Source: Candidatus Aenigmarchaeota archaeon ex4484_224 (GTDB taxonomy: Archaea > Aenigmatarchaeota > Aenigmatarchaeia > CG10238-14 > EX4484-224). From it: a stretch of 38,077 bases of DNA. Below are positions 1-7,605 of this stretch, piece after piece. Under the pieces are notes generated by a model that saw only the letters and a list, made by a program, of their open reading frames with translations, was not told the DNA's origin and made no database searches. The stretch spans positions 1-38,077 of the forward strand of contig NJEA01000003.1 in assembly GCA_002254545.1 (NCBI GenBank). Reading direction: 5' to 3'. Made by a program: the position numbers and the translations under genes. The stretch's first letter is position 1, and each line of letters begins with the position of its first letter.

Positions 1-1132
1 CCTCAATTTCCTCTCTAACTTCTTTTTCATTAATTTCTTTTTCTGAAATGTATTCAACCGAAACAATTGCTGGTTTATCAATTCTTTGACCAATTTTACT
101 AACTAACCAAACATAAACTTCATCTATTCCATTTATTCTTTTTTTAATTTCTCTTGCTAGTTCAAAAGAAAGCAAATTGTATATCTTTCCAACATGGCTT
201 ACAGGATTTTTACCTGCAGCTGCTTCGCTAGAGGACGGTCTATTCAAAGAAATTACTCCATTAGCTCTATTTCCTCTTCCAACTTGTCCACAATCTGCAC
301 CATCAGCACTAGTTCCTAAAACCGTCAAATAAATTCCATTTGTTCCTCTTCCTCTTCTATCTAAAACATTCAAAGAAACATTTATTTTATCACAACATTC
401 ATTTTCTTTTAACCATTCAACAATTTTATCATAAATTTCTTCCTTTTTTCTAAAGTAATCCTTTTCATTTTCTATAAATCTATCAACAAAAGCCATTGCA
501 ATGGTTAAATCCAAAGAATTTCCTTTCCTAATTCCCATTATTTTAATATCTTCTCCACTTTCAGGATGCTCTTTTTTAAACTTTTTAGAATTTAACCATT
601 TTTCTAATCTAATTAAAAGTTTTTCAAGTTTTGAATAAGGAGCATATCCAACGCAAGCAGAAGTATCATTAGCTCCCAAAATTTCTTTACTTCTTCTAAA
701 AATATCTTTTAAAGCTGCAGATCCTTCTTTCAATTCAATTTGGTATTTTACATGCTCATAAGGATCAACAAATCTTAAGTTTTTCTTAAACCAATTTTTA
801 GCTGTTCTCAAAGCAATTTCATCTACTGGAATATCAATGTCTCCAGCTTTATATGTTGCTCTATCTCCTATTACCAAAAGCATGGGATGTTTTACAATCC
901 CCCCTTTAAATTTAACTTCAGTTTCTCCAGCAACTAACAAAGCTTTATCAATATTATGATGCAAAATTACTCCAACCTTTTTCAAATATTCTTTTGATAA
1001 TTCAATTGAAATTTGATTTACTATTAAATCGGTAATTGTGTCTGGATGTCCTAAACCTTTCCTTTCAACAATTTCAATTGGTTGTTCTGAAATTGGCAAT
1101 TGCTTTAATCTTGAAACTGATAAAAATTTCAT
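1..1132 (-). CDS. mat: Archaeal S-adenosylmethionine synthetase (3' end runs off the window)
   Basis: Not in the ORF track. My translation from ATG 1132 gives MKFLSVSRLKQLPISEQPIEIVERKGLGHPDTITD...HHNIDKALLVAGE...GANDTSACVGYAP...GEDIKIMG...GQVGRGNRANGVI...AAGKNPVSHVGKIYN, which are signature motifs of the archaeal MAT family. Confidence 0.95.
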   Translation of the reverse strand, partial: MKFLSVSRLKQLPISEQPIEIVERKGLGHPDTITDLIVNQISIELSKEYLKKVGVILHHNIDKALLVAGETEVKFKGGIVKHPMLLVIGDRATYKAGDIDIPVDEIALRTAKNWFKKNLRFVDPYEHVKYQIELKEGSAALKDIFRRSKEILGANDTSACVGYAPYSKLEKLLIRLEKWLNSKKFKKEHPESGEDIKIMGIRKGNSLDLTIAMAFVDRFIENEKDYFRKKEEIYDKIVEWLKENECCDKINVSLNVLDRRGRGTNGIYLTVLGTSADGADCGQVGRGNRANGVISLNRPSSSEAAAGKNPVSHVGKIYNLLSFELAREIKKRINGIDEVYVWLVSKIGQRIDKPAIVSVEYISEKEINEKEVREEIE

Positions 1133-1170
1133 AAAAATTGTTTTTGTAGTTCAATTTAAAAAAATATAGG

Positions 1171-1185
1171 GAAAGAATTTTTAAC
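1171..1185 (+). promoter_or_regulatory. Candidate BRE-TATA promoter of tRNA-Gly
   Basis: Purine-rich GAAAGAA followed by TTTTTAAC, ending 24 nt upstream of the tRNA 5' end. Confidence 0.5.
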
Positions 1186-1208
1186 TAAAAGAAAAATATC
1201 AATTAGAA

Positions 1209-1279
1209 GCGCCAGTAGTCTAATGGTAGGACACCAGCTTCCCAAGCTGGGAATCCGGGTTCGAATCCCGGCTGGCGCA
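1209..1279 (+). tRNA. tRNA-Gly(CCC), intron-less, CCA not encoded
   Basis: Acceptor stem GCGCCAG/CTGGCGC plus discriminator A; D arm GTCT-AATGGTA-GGAC; anticodon arm CCAGC-TT CCC AA-GCTGG; T arm CCGGG-TTCGAAT-CCCGG. Confidence 0.97.
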
Positions 1280-3394
1280 TTAATTAAAATAAAATCTTCC
1301 AGCATCTTCTTCTTTAATTCTATAAAGTTTTACAAAATATGGAACAAGTTCAGCAATTGCTTCTATATATCTTAATTTTTTATTCCAATCTAATGTTTTA
1401 TCTAAATTTTCTGCCCAATTTTCTAATTGATCATAAAATTTTTCATTCGAGCTATCGAAATAAATTTCCAAAATTTCTCCAATCTCATTAAACAAATTAA
1501 TAACATTTCTGTAAACATCTTCTTCAAATCTTAACGAAGGATATCTTTGAGTTGGTCGAGTTTTTGTTCTTGTAGAGGCAAATATTCCGTAATCCAAAAT
1601 TCCATTTTCAGCAACAGGATATCCTAAATTTTCTAAGATTATTTTTTCATGAATTAATTGATTTCTATCTTTAAGCTTATACAATTCTGGATAAACAAAA
1701 CTATACTTTGCATCTCCTACAACTAACAATTCTTCATTTTCATACTTCAATAAAAAATCAACACGAGCGCTAAAGTAAACTTCTTTTCCTTTCACATTCA
1801 CATAACTTGCTATTTCTCTTTCTGTGAATGCTTTTCTAGGAATTGGATTTCTCGAAATTCCCATTTCTTTCCATATAAAGTGATTTACATAAATTTCATT
1901 AGGATAATAGTTTGGTTCGTGAATAGTTAAATCATGAAATAAGTTTCCGGATTGAATGTATATTCTTTCTTTTTCTGTTGTAATTTTTCTCCAAATCATT
2001 TCTCTATTAAATTCTTTATCTGCAATTGATATCATATCAAGAAGATAGCTAACAATCCTTGCTATTTTAAATGGATTTGAATGATAGCTTGCTCTAAATC
2101 TTAAAAGTTCATTTTCTTTTGGATATTGAATTTGAATGAGAGAGGTAAAGGGCATCAACAACCCAATTTTATCCCATTGAACAATACATAGAGATTCTAT
2201 ATCTATAGTAGGATGGATATTGAAATCTTCTATTGCCTTTTCTAAAATTTCTTTTATTTCATTTTCATTTAATTCTTCAAAATTTTTTCCATATTCTTTT
2301 TTGTAATAAATATTGTAAACAAATGGAAGATATTCTTTCCAAAACCTTTCTCTATCAGTTACCAATTTTCCAAAATAAACATCGAGAGAATTTTTGCTTG
2401 AAACTTTTCTTATAAGCTCGTCATAGTCAACAATTTTATAAGAAAATGATTCTTCATCAAAATATAAACGAGAATTAAATGGTATATCTATTTTTGGAAA
2501 ATAGTTTATAATGTCATCTCTTGTAATTTTTTTCTCAACTCCTAAATTAGAAAGAATGTAAGTAAGAGATTGAGAACAATATGAATACAAATCAACTGGA
2601 CCTGTAATTGGCTTTGAATAAATTCTAATATTTGGCAATTCTACTATTTCCTTTCTCTTTAAAACTTGACCAATCATTTTTGCTATTTGGGAAATCTTTC
2701 TAAGAAGTAGGAAAACTTTAATTTCTCTATTTCGATATAACTCTGAAATTAAAGATAGCAAAGAAGCAAAATTACTTTTAAATTTTTTCCTATTTTCTTT
2801 TCCAATTTTTCTTTCATCTTCCAAAATTTCTTCTTTTGGCCTATTTACCTTCTGAATTTTTTCAAAAAATTTAATCAAATCTTCTATCGCTTCTTCCGAA
2901 TATCCTTTCTTTTCAAGAAGTTTGTAAATAATTCCTAGCTTATATTTTCTATCATCGTATAATTTTGAAAATAAATCTTCTGAAAATCCTCCGTACTTTA
3001 TTTCATTTTTCTTTTTAATTCCTACATGATCATACTCAGACTTTTCCAATAATGATTCTACCTTTCCATTTAAAGGTAAAACTCCTCCATAGCCTGGATA
3101 TCCAGGAACTAAAATTAAAATTCTGGCTTCATTGGGTAAATTATCTCTTAGAATTTTGGTTAAAAGCTGAGAGGGATGATGAGGATCAGAAATTGAATAA
3201 GATGGAAATCTATTTTTTGGATGGGATCGTAGAACAGTCAAGAATGGTTCATATATGATGATTGAATTAATTTCATATGTTGAGAGTAAATCATACAATT
3301 TTTCAAGTTTTGAAGAACGTAAATAGTTAGAATATTTTGATGGAGCTACAATTATCCTTGGAGATGATGAAAACCAATAACTTTTTCTTGACAT
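1280..3394 (-). CDS. Large protein with C-terminal Cas4/RecB-like PD-(D/E)XK nuclease and possible degenerate PolB thumb-like N-terminal half
   Basis: 704-aa ORF (ATG 3394; the track starts at TTG 3397). The C-terminal motifs GNLFH...FSARVDFLL...VVGDAKY...DRNQL match the RecB/Cas4 pattern (G..H, RxD, D/ExK, Q-helix). No four-Cys Fe-S ligand set is visible. Confidence 0.7.
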   Translation of the reverse strand: MSRKSYWFSSSPRIIVAPSKYSNYLRSSKLEKLYDLLSTYEINSIIIYEPFLTVLRSHPKNRFPSYSISDPHHPSQLLTKILRDNLPNEARILILVPGYPGYGGVLPLNGKVESLLEKSEYDHVGIKKKNEIKYGGFSEDLFSKLYDDRKYKLGIIYKLLEKKGYSEEAIEDLIKFFEKIQKVNRPKEEILEDERKIGKENRKKFKSNFASLLSLISELYRNREIKVFLLLRKISQIAKMIGQVLKRKEIVELPNIRIYSKPITGPVDLYSYCSQSLTYILSNLGVEKKITRDDIINYFPKIDIPFNSRLYFDEESFSYKIVDYDELIRKVSSKNSLDVYFGKLVTDRERFWKEYLPFVYNIYYKKEYGKNFEELNENEIKEILEKAIEDFNIHPTIDIESLCIVQWDKIGLLMPFTSLIQIQYPKENELLRFRASYHSNPFKIARIVSYLLDMISIADKEFNREMIWRKITTEKERIYIQSGNLFHDLTIHEPNYYPNEIYVNHFIWKEMGISRNPIPRKAFTEREIASYVNVKGKEVYFSARVDFLLKYENEELLVVGDAKYSFVYPELYKLKDRNQLIHEKIILENLGYPVAENGILDYGIFASTRTKTRPTQRYPSLRFEEDVYRNVINLFNEIGEILEIYFDSSNEKFYDQLENWAENLDKTLDWNKKLRYIEAIAELVPYFVKLYRIKEEDAGRFYFN

Positions 3395-3446
3395 CAATTT
3401 AAACCTAAAAAATTAAACTTAAATAAATTTTTACAAATCATTAATC
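3395..3446. promoter_or_regulatory. Short AT-rich divergent promoter region shared by the two PolB-derived genes
   Basis: 52-bp spacer between divergent ATGs. AAACTTAAATAAAT at about 3415-3428 is TATA-like and roughly 20-30 nt from both starts. Confidence 0.4.
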
Positions 3447-5486
3447 ATGGAAAATCTTTATTTTCCACTTTTCATTCAAAGAGTTCCTAACAATGAAATT
3501 CATCTTCTTCTTTCTTCATTTAACAACAAACTAGTTGTGGGAAAGAGCTCATTGTCTAGAAAAGCCAAAAACTTAAGTTTAGTTCAACAACTTTTTATAA
3601 CTAATAAAATTCTTCCTTACACTTTTTTTATTCTAAAAGACAACAAATTAATTCCAATTACGGATCCTTATTTCCTACAAATTTTTAGGAATAAAGTTCT
3701 TAACAATTTTATTACATATGATATAGAAGTTTTAAATCCTAATAGACTTCCAGATCCAAATCTTGGTGATAAAATACTTTCTATTTCTTTAGTATCTAAT
3801 GAACCAATTTTATTAAGCTCTTCTCGTGAAAATTTTGAAATCAAATCTTATAAAATAGCTATTACACAAAAAGGAATTTATTATTTAGAAAATGAAGTTT
3901 TGAAATTAGTTCCTATTAGCTTAGATGAAAAAAGAATGGTAGATTTATCTTTTGAAGCACTTTCCCAATTTTTTGTAAATGTTGGATTTAATAATTTATT
4001 TTTCGATAACTATTACATTAAAGAAAGAACTAATGTAGAAATTATCCGAACAATAGATATTGTTCATCCATATCCTTCATCAAAACCTCAATTTTCAAAA
4101 ATGAAAAAAGAAGAAAGAGAAAGATTTAATCAAATTAGATCGAGAAGAAGAGGAAGAAAATTTCTACCTACAATAAATATAGATTTATTTCCTATTTCTC
4201 AAAATATAGATTTTTCATCGAGAAAGCTAAAAAGTATAGCAGACTCTCTTTATATGGAATACTATCCATTAGAAATCAAAGATTTGGCAAAAATTTCTAA
4301 AGAAGATATGGAGAAAATTGCAAAATATAACATTAGTGATAGCGAAATAACTTTGAAAATTTACCATGAATTTTTTCCAATTTTTGACTATATTCTAGAA
4401 AATGGAATTGGAAACTTTGAATACATAGTTAATAGAAAAAGGGTTGAAGAAAATTTTTTGCTTAGATATATAGCAGAAAAAAGTAAATGGAATTTGGGAA
4501 AAATTGATAAAATTTTGGGAAAAATTAATAGACTGAAAATAAATCCTAAAAAAATAGAATTTTCACCAACTTCTACTTCTCCTGGAAAATATTTAAATGG
4601 ATATCTTGCCTATCTTCCAACCTTAATTTTTGAGCTTTATAAAAATGAATTTGAAAAATCTTATCCTAAAGAAATTTTTGAAATTAGTAATAAAATTTTG
4701 GATGATTTAAAGAGAATTCGATATTCAAGTAGAGGAGATTATTTGCTAAACTCATTTTTACAAAACATTTTAAATCGATATGTCAAGCTTATGTTTTCTT
4801 CTAATGAAAAATTATTTAAAAAAATTGAAAGAAGAATAAAAAGTTTGATTAAAAAATATTTTAGATATCTTCATTATTCCTCACCAAAACTCTTAGTCTT
4901 TAACGAAATTCCAAAAGAACTAAAAAACCTAAGTTCAACTTTCATTCCATTGGAAAAATATTACATTTTTAAAAACGGTAAAAAGAGTCCATTAGTTCTT
5001 GGAAAAGTTAAAGGTTATGAATTAATTTTAGGATCTCAAATTTCCCCTCATTTAAGAAGAAATTACGGTAGATATCCTTATCAATTCATGAATTATTTTT
5101 ACCATGATATATTTTCTATTGTTAAAGAAGATAAAGATCCTAAACTTTTAGAAAAAATGCTTGAAAAAATTGAAAGGTATGAAAGAAATGAGAAAGAGAT
5201 TAATCTTAATGAAATAGCAATCATTTTAACAAAAACAAAAGATTTAGAGGAATATACAAGAATGGATCCTTTCTTGAGAAATTTAGATTTAAATAAATAT
5301 GAATATGGAGAGGAGATAAGAGTTTTAATCGTTAGAGATAATCTTGAAGAGGAACCTTATTTTGCTCCTTTGGACAAGCAAATTATCAATTCTATAGATT
5401 GGGATTGTTATAAGGAATTAGCTAAAGATTTAATTAAATTCAAAAATTCTTATAGAACGATAACCTTGGATTCTTTTATTCAATAA
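3447..5486 (+). CDS. Family-B DNA polymerase-derived protein: DEDDy 3'-5' exonuclease, degenerate palm, thumb and PIP-box-like tail
   Basis: ExoI YDIEV...PDP...DKILSIS (D92, E94); ExoII VGFNNLFFDNYYI (D187); ExoIII KYNISD (Y294, D298); thumb-like IILTKTKDLEEY...GEEIRVLIV...IDWDCY; C-terminal ITLDSF. No DxxSLYPS or YGDTDS motif. Confidence 0.75.
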   Translation: MENLYFPLFIQRVPNNEIHLLLSSFNNKLVVGKSSLSRKAKNLSLVQQLFITNKILPYTFFILKDNKLIPITDPYFLQIFRNKVLNNFITYDIEVLNPNRLPDPNLGDKILSISLVSNEPILLSSSRENFEIKSYKIAITQKGIYYLENEVLKLVPISLDEKRMVDLSFEALSQFFVNVGFNNLFFDNYYIKERTNVEIIRTIDIVHPYPSSKPQFSKMKKEERERFNQIRSRRRGRKFLPTINIDLFPISQNIDFSSRKLKSIADSLYMEYYPLEIKDLAKISKEDMEKIAKYNISDSEITLKIYHEFFPIFDYILENGIGNFEYIVNRKRVEENFLLRYIAEKSKWNLGKIDKILGKINRLKINPKKIEFSPTSTSPGKYLNGYLAYLPTLIFELYKNEFEKSYPKEIFEISNKILDDLKRIRYSSRGDYLLNSFLQNILNRYVKLMFSSNEKLFKKIERRIKSLIKKYFRYLHYSSPKLLVFNEIPKELKNLSSTFIPLEKYYIFKNGKKSPLVLGKVKGYELILGSQISPHLRRNYGRYPYQFMNYFYHDIFSIVKEDKDPKLLEKMLEKIERYERNEKEINLNEIAIILTKTKDLEEYTRMDPFLRNLDLNKYEYGEEIRVLIVRDNLEEEPYFAPLDKQIINSIDWDCYKELAKDLIKFKNSYRTITLDSFIQ

Positions 5487-5487
5487 C

Positions 5488-5531
5488 AAAACCTTTAAAT
5501 TTTATCTAGCTTTTAATTTTTGTATAAGGTG
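5488..5531 (+). promoter_or_regulatory. Candidate TATA (TTTAAAT 5494-5500) and SD-like AAGGTG (5526-5531) for the L18e operon
   Basis: Spacing fits an archaeal promoter with a short leader before ATG 5537. Confidence 0.45.
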
Positions 5532-5536
5532 CTAGA

Positions 5537-5902
5537 ATGGCTAAAAGAACTGGACCAACGAATCCAAGATTAAAAGAATTGATTGAAATGCTTAGAATGC
5601 AATATAAAAAAACAAGAAAACCAATTTGGAGAGATTTGGCTGAAAGATTGGAAAAGCCAACTAGACAAAGAATTGAAGTTAATTTGAAAAGAATTGAAAG
5701 ATATGCAAAAGAAGGAGAAACAATTGTTGTTCCTGGAGTTGTTCTTGGAGATGGAAATTTAACAAAAAAATTAACAATCTTTGCTTGGAGATTTTCTAGC
5801 CAAGCAAGAAAAAAAATTGAAAAAGCCAATGGAAAAGCTTTAAGTTTAAAAGATTTAATTAAATTAAACCCTGAAGGAAAAAATTTGAGATTAATGGGAT
5901 AA
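5537..5902 (+). CDS. rpl18e: 50S ribosomal protein L18e
   Basis: TGPTNP...IWRDLAERL..PTRQRIEVNL..I.RYAKEGETIVVPG.VLG.G motifs; conserved L18e-L13-S9 order. Confidence 0.97.
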   Translation: MAKRTGPTNPRLKELIEMLRMQYKKTRKPIWRDLAERLEKPTRQRIEVNLKRIERYAKEGETIVVPGVVLGDGNLTKKLTIFAWRFSSQARKKIEKANGKALSLKDLIKLNPEGKNLRLMG

Positions 5903-5903
5903 C

Positions 5904-6320
5904 ATGTTAATTTATGATGCAGAAAATCAAATTGCTGGAAGGCTTGCAACCATAATTGCTAAAAAATTGCTAGAAGGGGAAAGAATTATTGTTGTTAATG
6001 CGGAAAAGGCAATAATTTCTGGAGACCCAAAAATGGTAATTAGAAAGTTTAGAGAAAAGAGAGAAAGAGGAGATCCTCATAAAGGTCCTTTCTATCCTAG
6101 AAAGCCAGATAGAATTTTTAGAAGAATTGTAAGAGGTATGCTTCCTTGGAAGAAGAAAAAAGGAAGAGATGCTTATAAAAGATTGAAAGTTTATGTTGGA
6201 ATTCCTGAAGAATTGAAAGATAAAAAAGATAAATTTATTAAAACAAAAGAAGCTGATGCAAATAAATTGAGAACTAAATATATAAGTTTAGGAGAAATTT
6301 CAAAGGCTTTGGGTGGATAA
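5904..6320 (+). CDS. rpl13: 50S ribosomal protein L13
   Basis: DAENQIAGRLAT..AK.LL.GE.I.VVNAEK...GPFYPRKPDRIFRR.VRGMLP. Confidence 0.97.
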   Translation: MLIYDAENQIAGRLATIIAKKLLEGERIIVVNAEKAIISGDPKMVIRKFREKRERGDPHKGPFYPRKPDRIFRRIVRGMLPWKKKKGRDAYKRLKVYVGIPEELKDKKDKFIKTKEADANKLRTKYISLGEISKALGG

Positions 6321-6321
6321 A

Positions 6322-6783
6322 ATGCCAAGAAAGAAAAAGAAGAAAGAAGAAAGTAAGAAAAAGGTTAAGCTAGACTATATAATAGTTACTGGAAAAAGAA
6401 AAACTGCAATAGCCAGAGCTAAAGTTGAGAAAGGAAGTGGAAGAGTAATAATTAATTCCAAACCTTTAGAAGTTTGGGGAACTGAAGTTGCGAGAATGTT
6501 CGTTGCTGAGCCTTTATATTTAGCTGGAGATGCTGCAAAAAAGTTAGATTTTTATGTTAATGTAAGGGGTGGAGGAGTTTTTGGCCAAGCAGAAGCTATT
6601 AGAATGGCTATTGCAAAGGGAATTGTTGAATTTACTAGAGATGAAAAGTTAAAACAAAAATTTTTGGAATATGATAGAAATTTGCTTGTTTTTGATCCTA
6701 GAAGAAATGAACCTCATCATGCAAGTGGAAGGGGAGCAAGTAAAAGAGGATCACGAAGACACCGACAGAGATCAAAGAGATAA
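6322..6783 (+). CDS. rps9: 30S ribosomal protein S9
   Basis: GKRKTAIARA...G.G...IN..P...VRGGG..GQAEAIR.AIA...YDRNLLV.DPRR.EP. ATG 6322 is preferred over GTG 6313 because GGTGGA upstream looks like an SD. Confidence 0.96.
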   Translation: MPRKKKKKEESKKKVKLDYIIVTGKRKTAIARAKVEKGSGRVIINSKPLEVWGTEVARMFVAEPLYLAGDAAKKLDFYVNVRGGGVFGQAEAIRMAIAKGIVEFTRDEKLKQKFLEYDRNLLVFDPRRNEPHHASGRGASKRGSRRHRQRSKR

Positions 6784-6794
6784 AATTTTTTGAA

Positions 6795-6960
6795 ATATTC
6801 CTTCTCTTGGAAAAATTCTTGAAACTAAAAGTTAAGAAAAGAAAGAGGTTTAAGTCAAAAAGAATTAGCTAGAAGAATTGGGATATCTAGAGAAGCAATA
6901 AGGGATTTTGAGAATGGAAAAAGAAATTTAAGACTTGAAAATTAAAAAAAGATTTTCAAA
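6795..6960 (+). pseudogene. Degraded XRE/Cro-C1 helix-turn-helix gene remnant
   Basis: 6829-6942 reads KLRKERGLSQKELARRIGISREAIRDFENGKRNLRLEN, a classic XRE HTH. It is followed by TAA (6943-6945) then KKIF. There are in-frame stops just upstream and no start codon; LGKILE lies upstream in another frame. Confidence 0.75.
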
Positions 6961-7537
6961 TTTCTTTTATCAAATTTTCAAGTAAATCAATTGCTTCATT
7001 AAGATTTTTAACTCTCTTTACATTTTCTTTTTCTTCTATACATTTATTCCAAGGTCTATCATAAACTAAAACTAAAAGATTAGAATCTCTTAGTTCTTGT
7101 ATCAAATTTGGATTATCATCAATAACAATTTCAAAATTTTCAGAATCTTTCAAATAAACCTTAGATTTGCTTTCAGAAAGTGATATAAAGTTATCATAAG
7201 GAATTTCATGATAACTCAACCATGCTTGCATCTCATTTTTGTAACCATTTCTATTTGTTACTATCGAAACTTCATACCCAAGCTTTTTAATTCTTGAAAT
7301 TTTTTTAGAAAGATTATTTTCTGTTGGAAAAATTTCCATCCATCTTTCTTTCCAATATTTGCTAGTATCTTCTAAAAACTTCCTCCAATTTAACCACTCA
7401 TATTCTTTGCTTTCAAAATACCATTGATCGATATTTTCTAAAGAAGCGTTTGTATTAAATTCTTTATTCATTTGTTCGATCCAATATCTATGTATATCTA
7501 CTAAAACACCCTCCATATCCAATCCAAACTTTTTCAT
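6956..7537 (-). CDS. HAD-superfamily 5'(3')-deoxyribonucleotidase (NT5C)-like phosphatase
   Basis: Motif I FGLDMEGVLVD; motif II IVTNR; WL..H.IPYD; K; motif IV VIDDNP; C-terminal DRPWN...RVKN. Confidence 0.8.
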   Translation of the reverse strand: MKKFGLDMEGVLVDIHRYWIEQMNKEFNTNASLENIDQWYFESKEYEWLNWRKFLEDTSKYWKERWMEIFPTENNLSKKISRIKKLGYEVSIVTNRNGYKNEMQAWLSYHEIPYDNFISLSESKSKVYLKDSENFEIVIDDNPNLIQELRDSNLLVLVYDRPWNKCIEEKENVKRVKNLNEAIDLLENLIKEI

Positions 7538-7553
7538 TAAAATTTCTATGAAA

Positions 7554-7605
7554 AGTAAACTTTAAATAAGATAAATAGAACATAAATTTTATCAGCTTAA
7601 GGTGA
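7554..7605 (+). promoter_or_regulatory. Candidate TATA (TTTAAATA 7561-7568) and SD AAGGTGA (7599-7605) for rpoN-rpoK
   Basis: Consensus TATA, and an archaeal SD-like motif 7 nt before ATG 7613. Confidence 0.5.

Noticed and set aside
2233-3258. Short plus-strand ORFs 2233-2415 and 3052-3258
   Set aside because: Antisense shadows of the 705-aa gene with no recognisable motifs.
1280-5486. Casposon or integrated virus (PolB plus Cas4-like gene beside a tRNA)
   Set aside because: No Cas1/integrase, terminal inverted repeats, target duplication or attR copy of the tRNA end is visible, and the PolB lacks catalytic motifs.
6790-6945. Stop-codon read-through or recoding to express the HTH
   Set aside because: It would need to bypass both TGA and TAA in frame, and all other genes use the standard code. 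Pseudogenisation is simpler.
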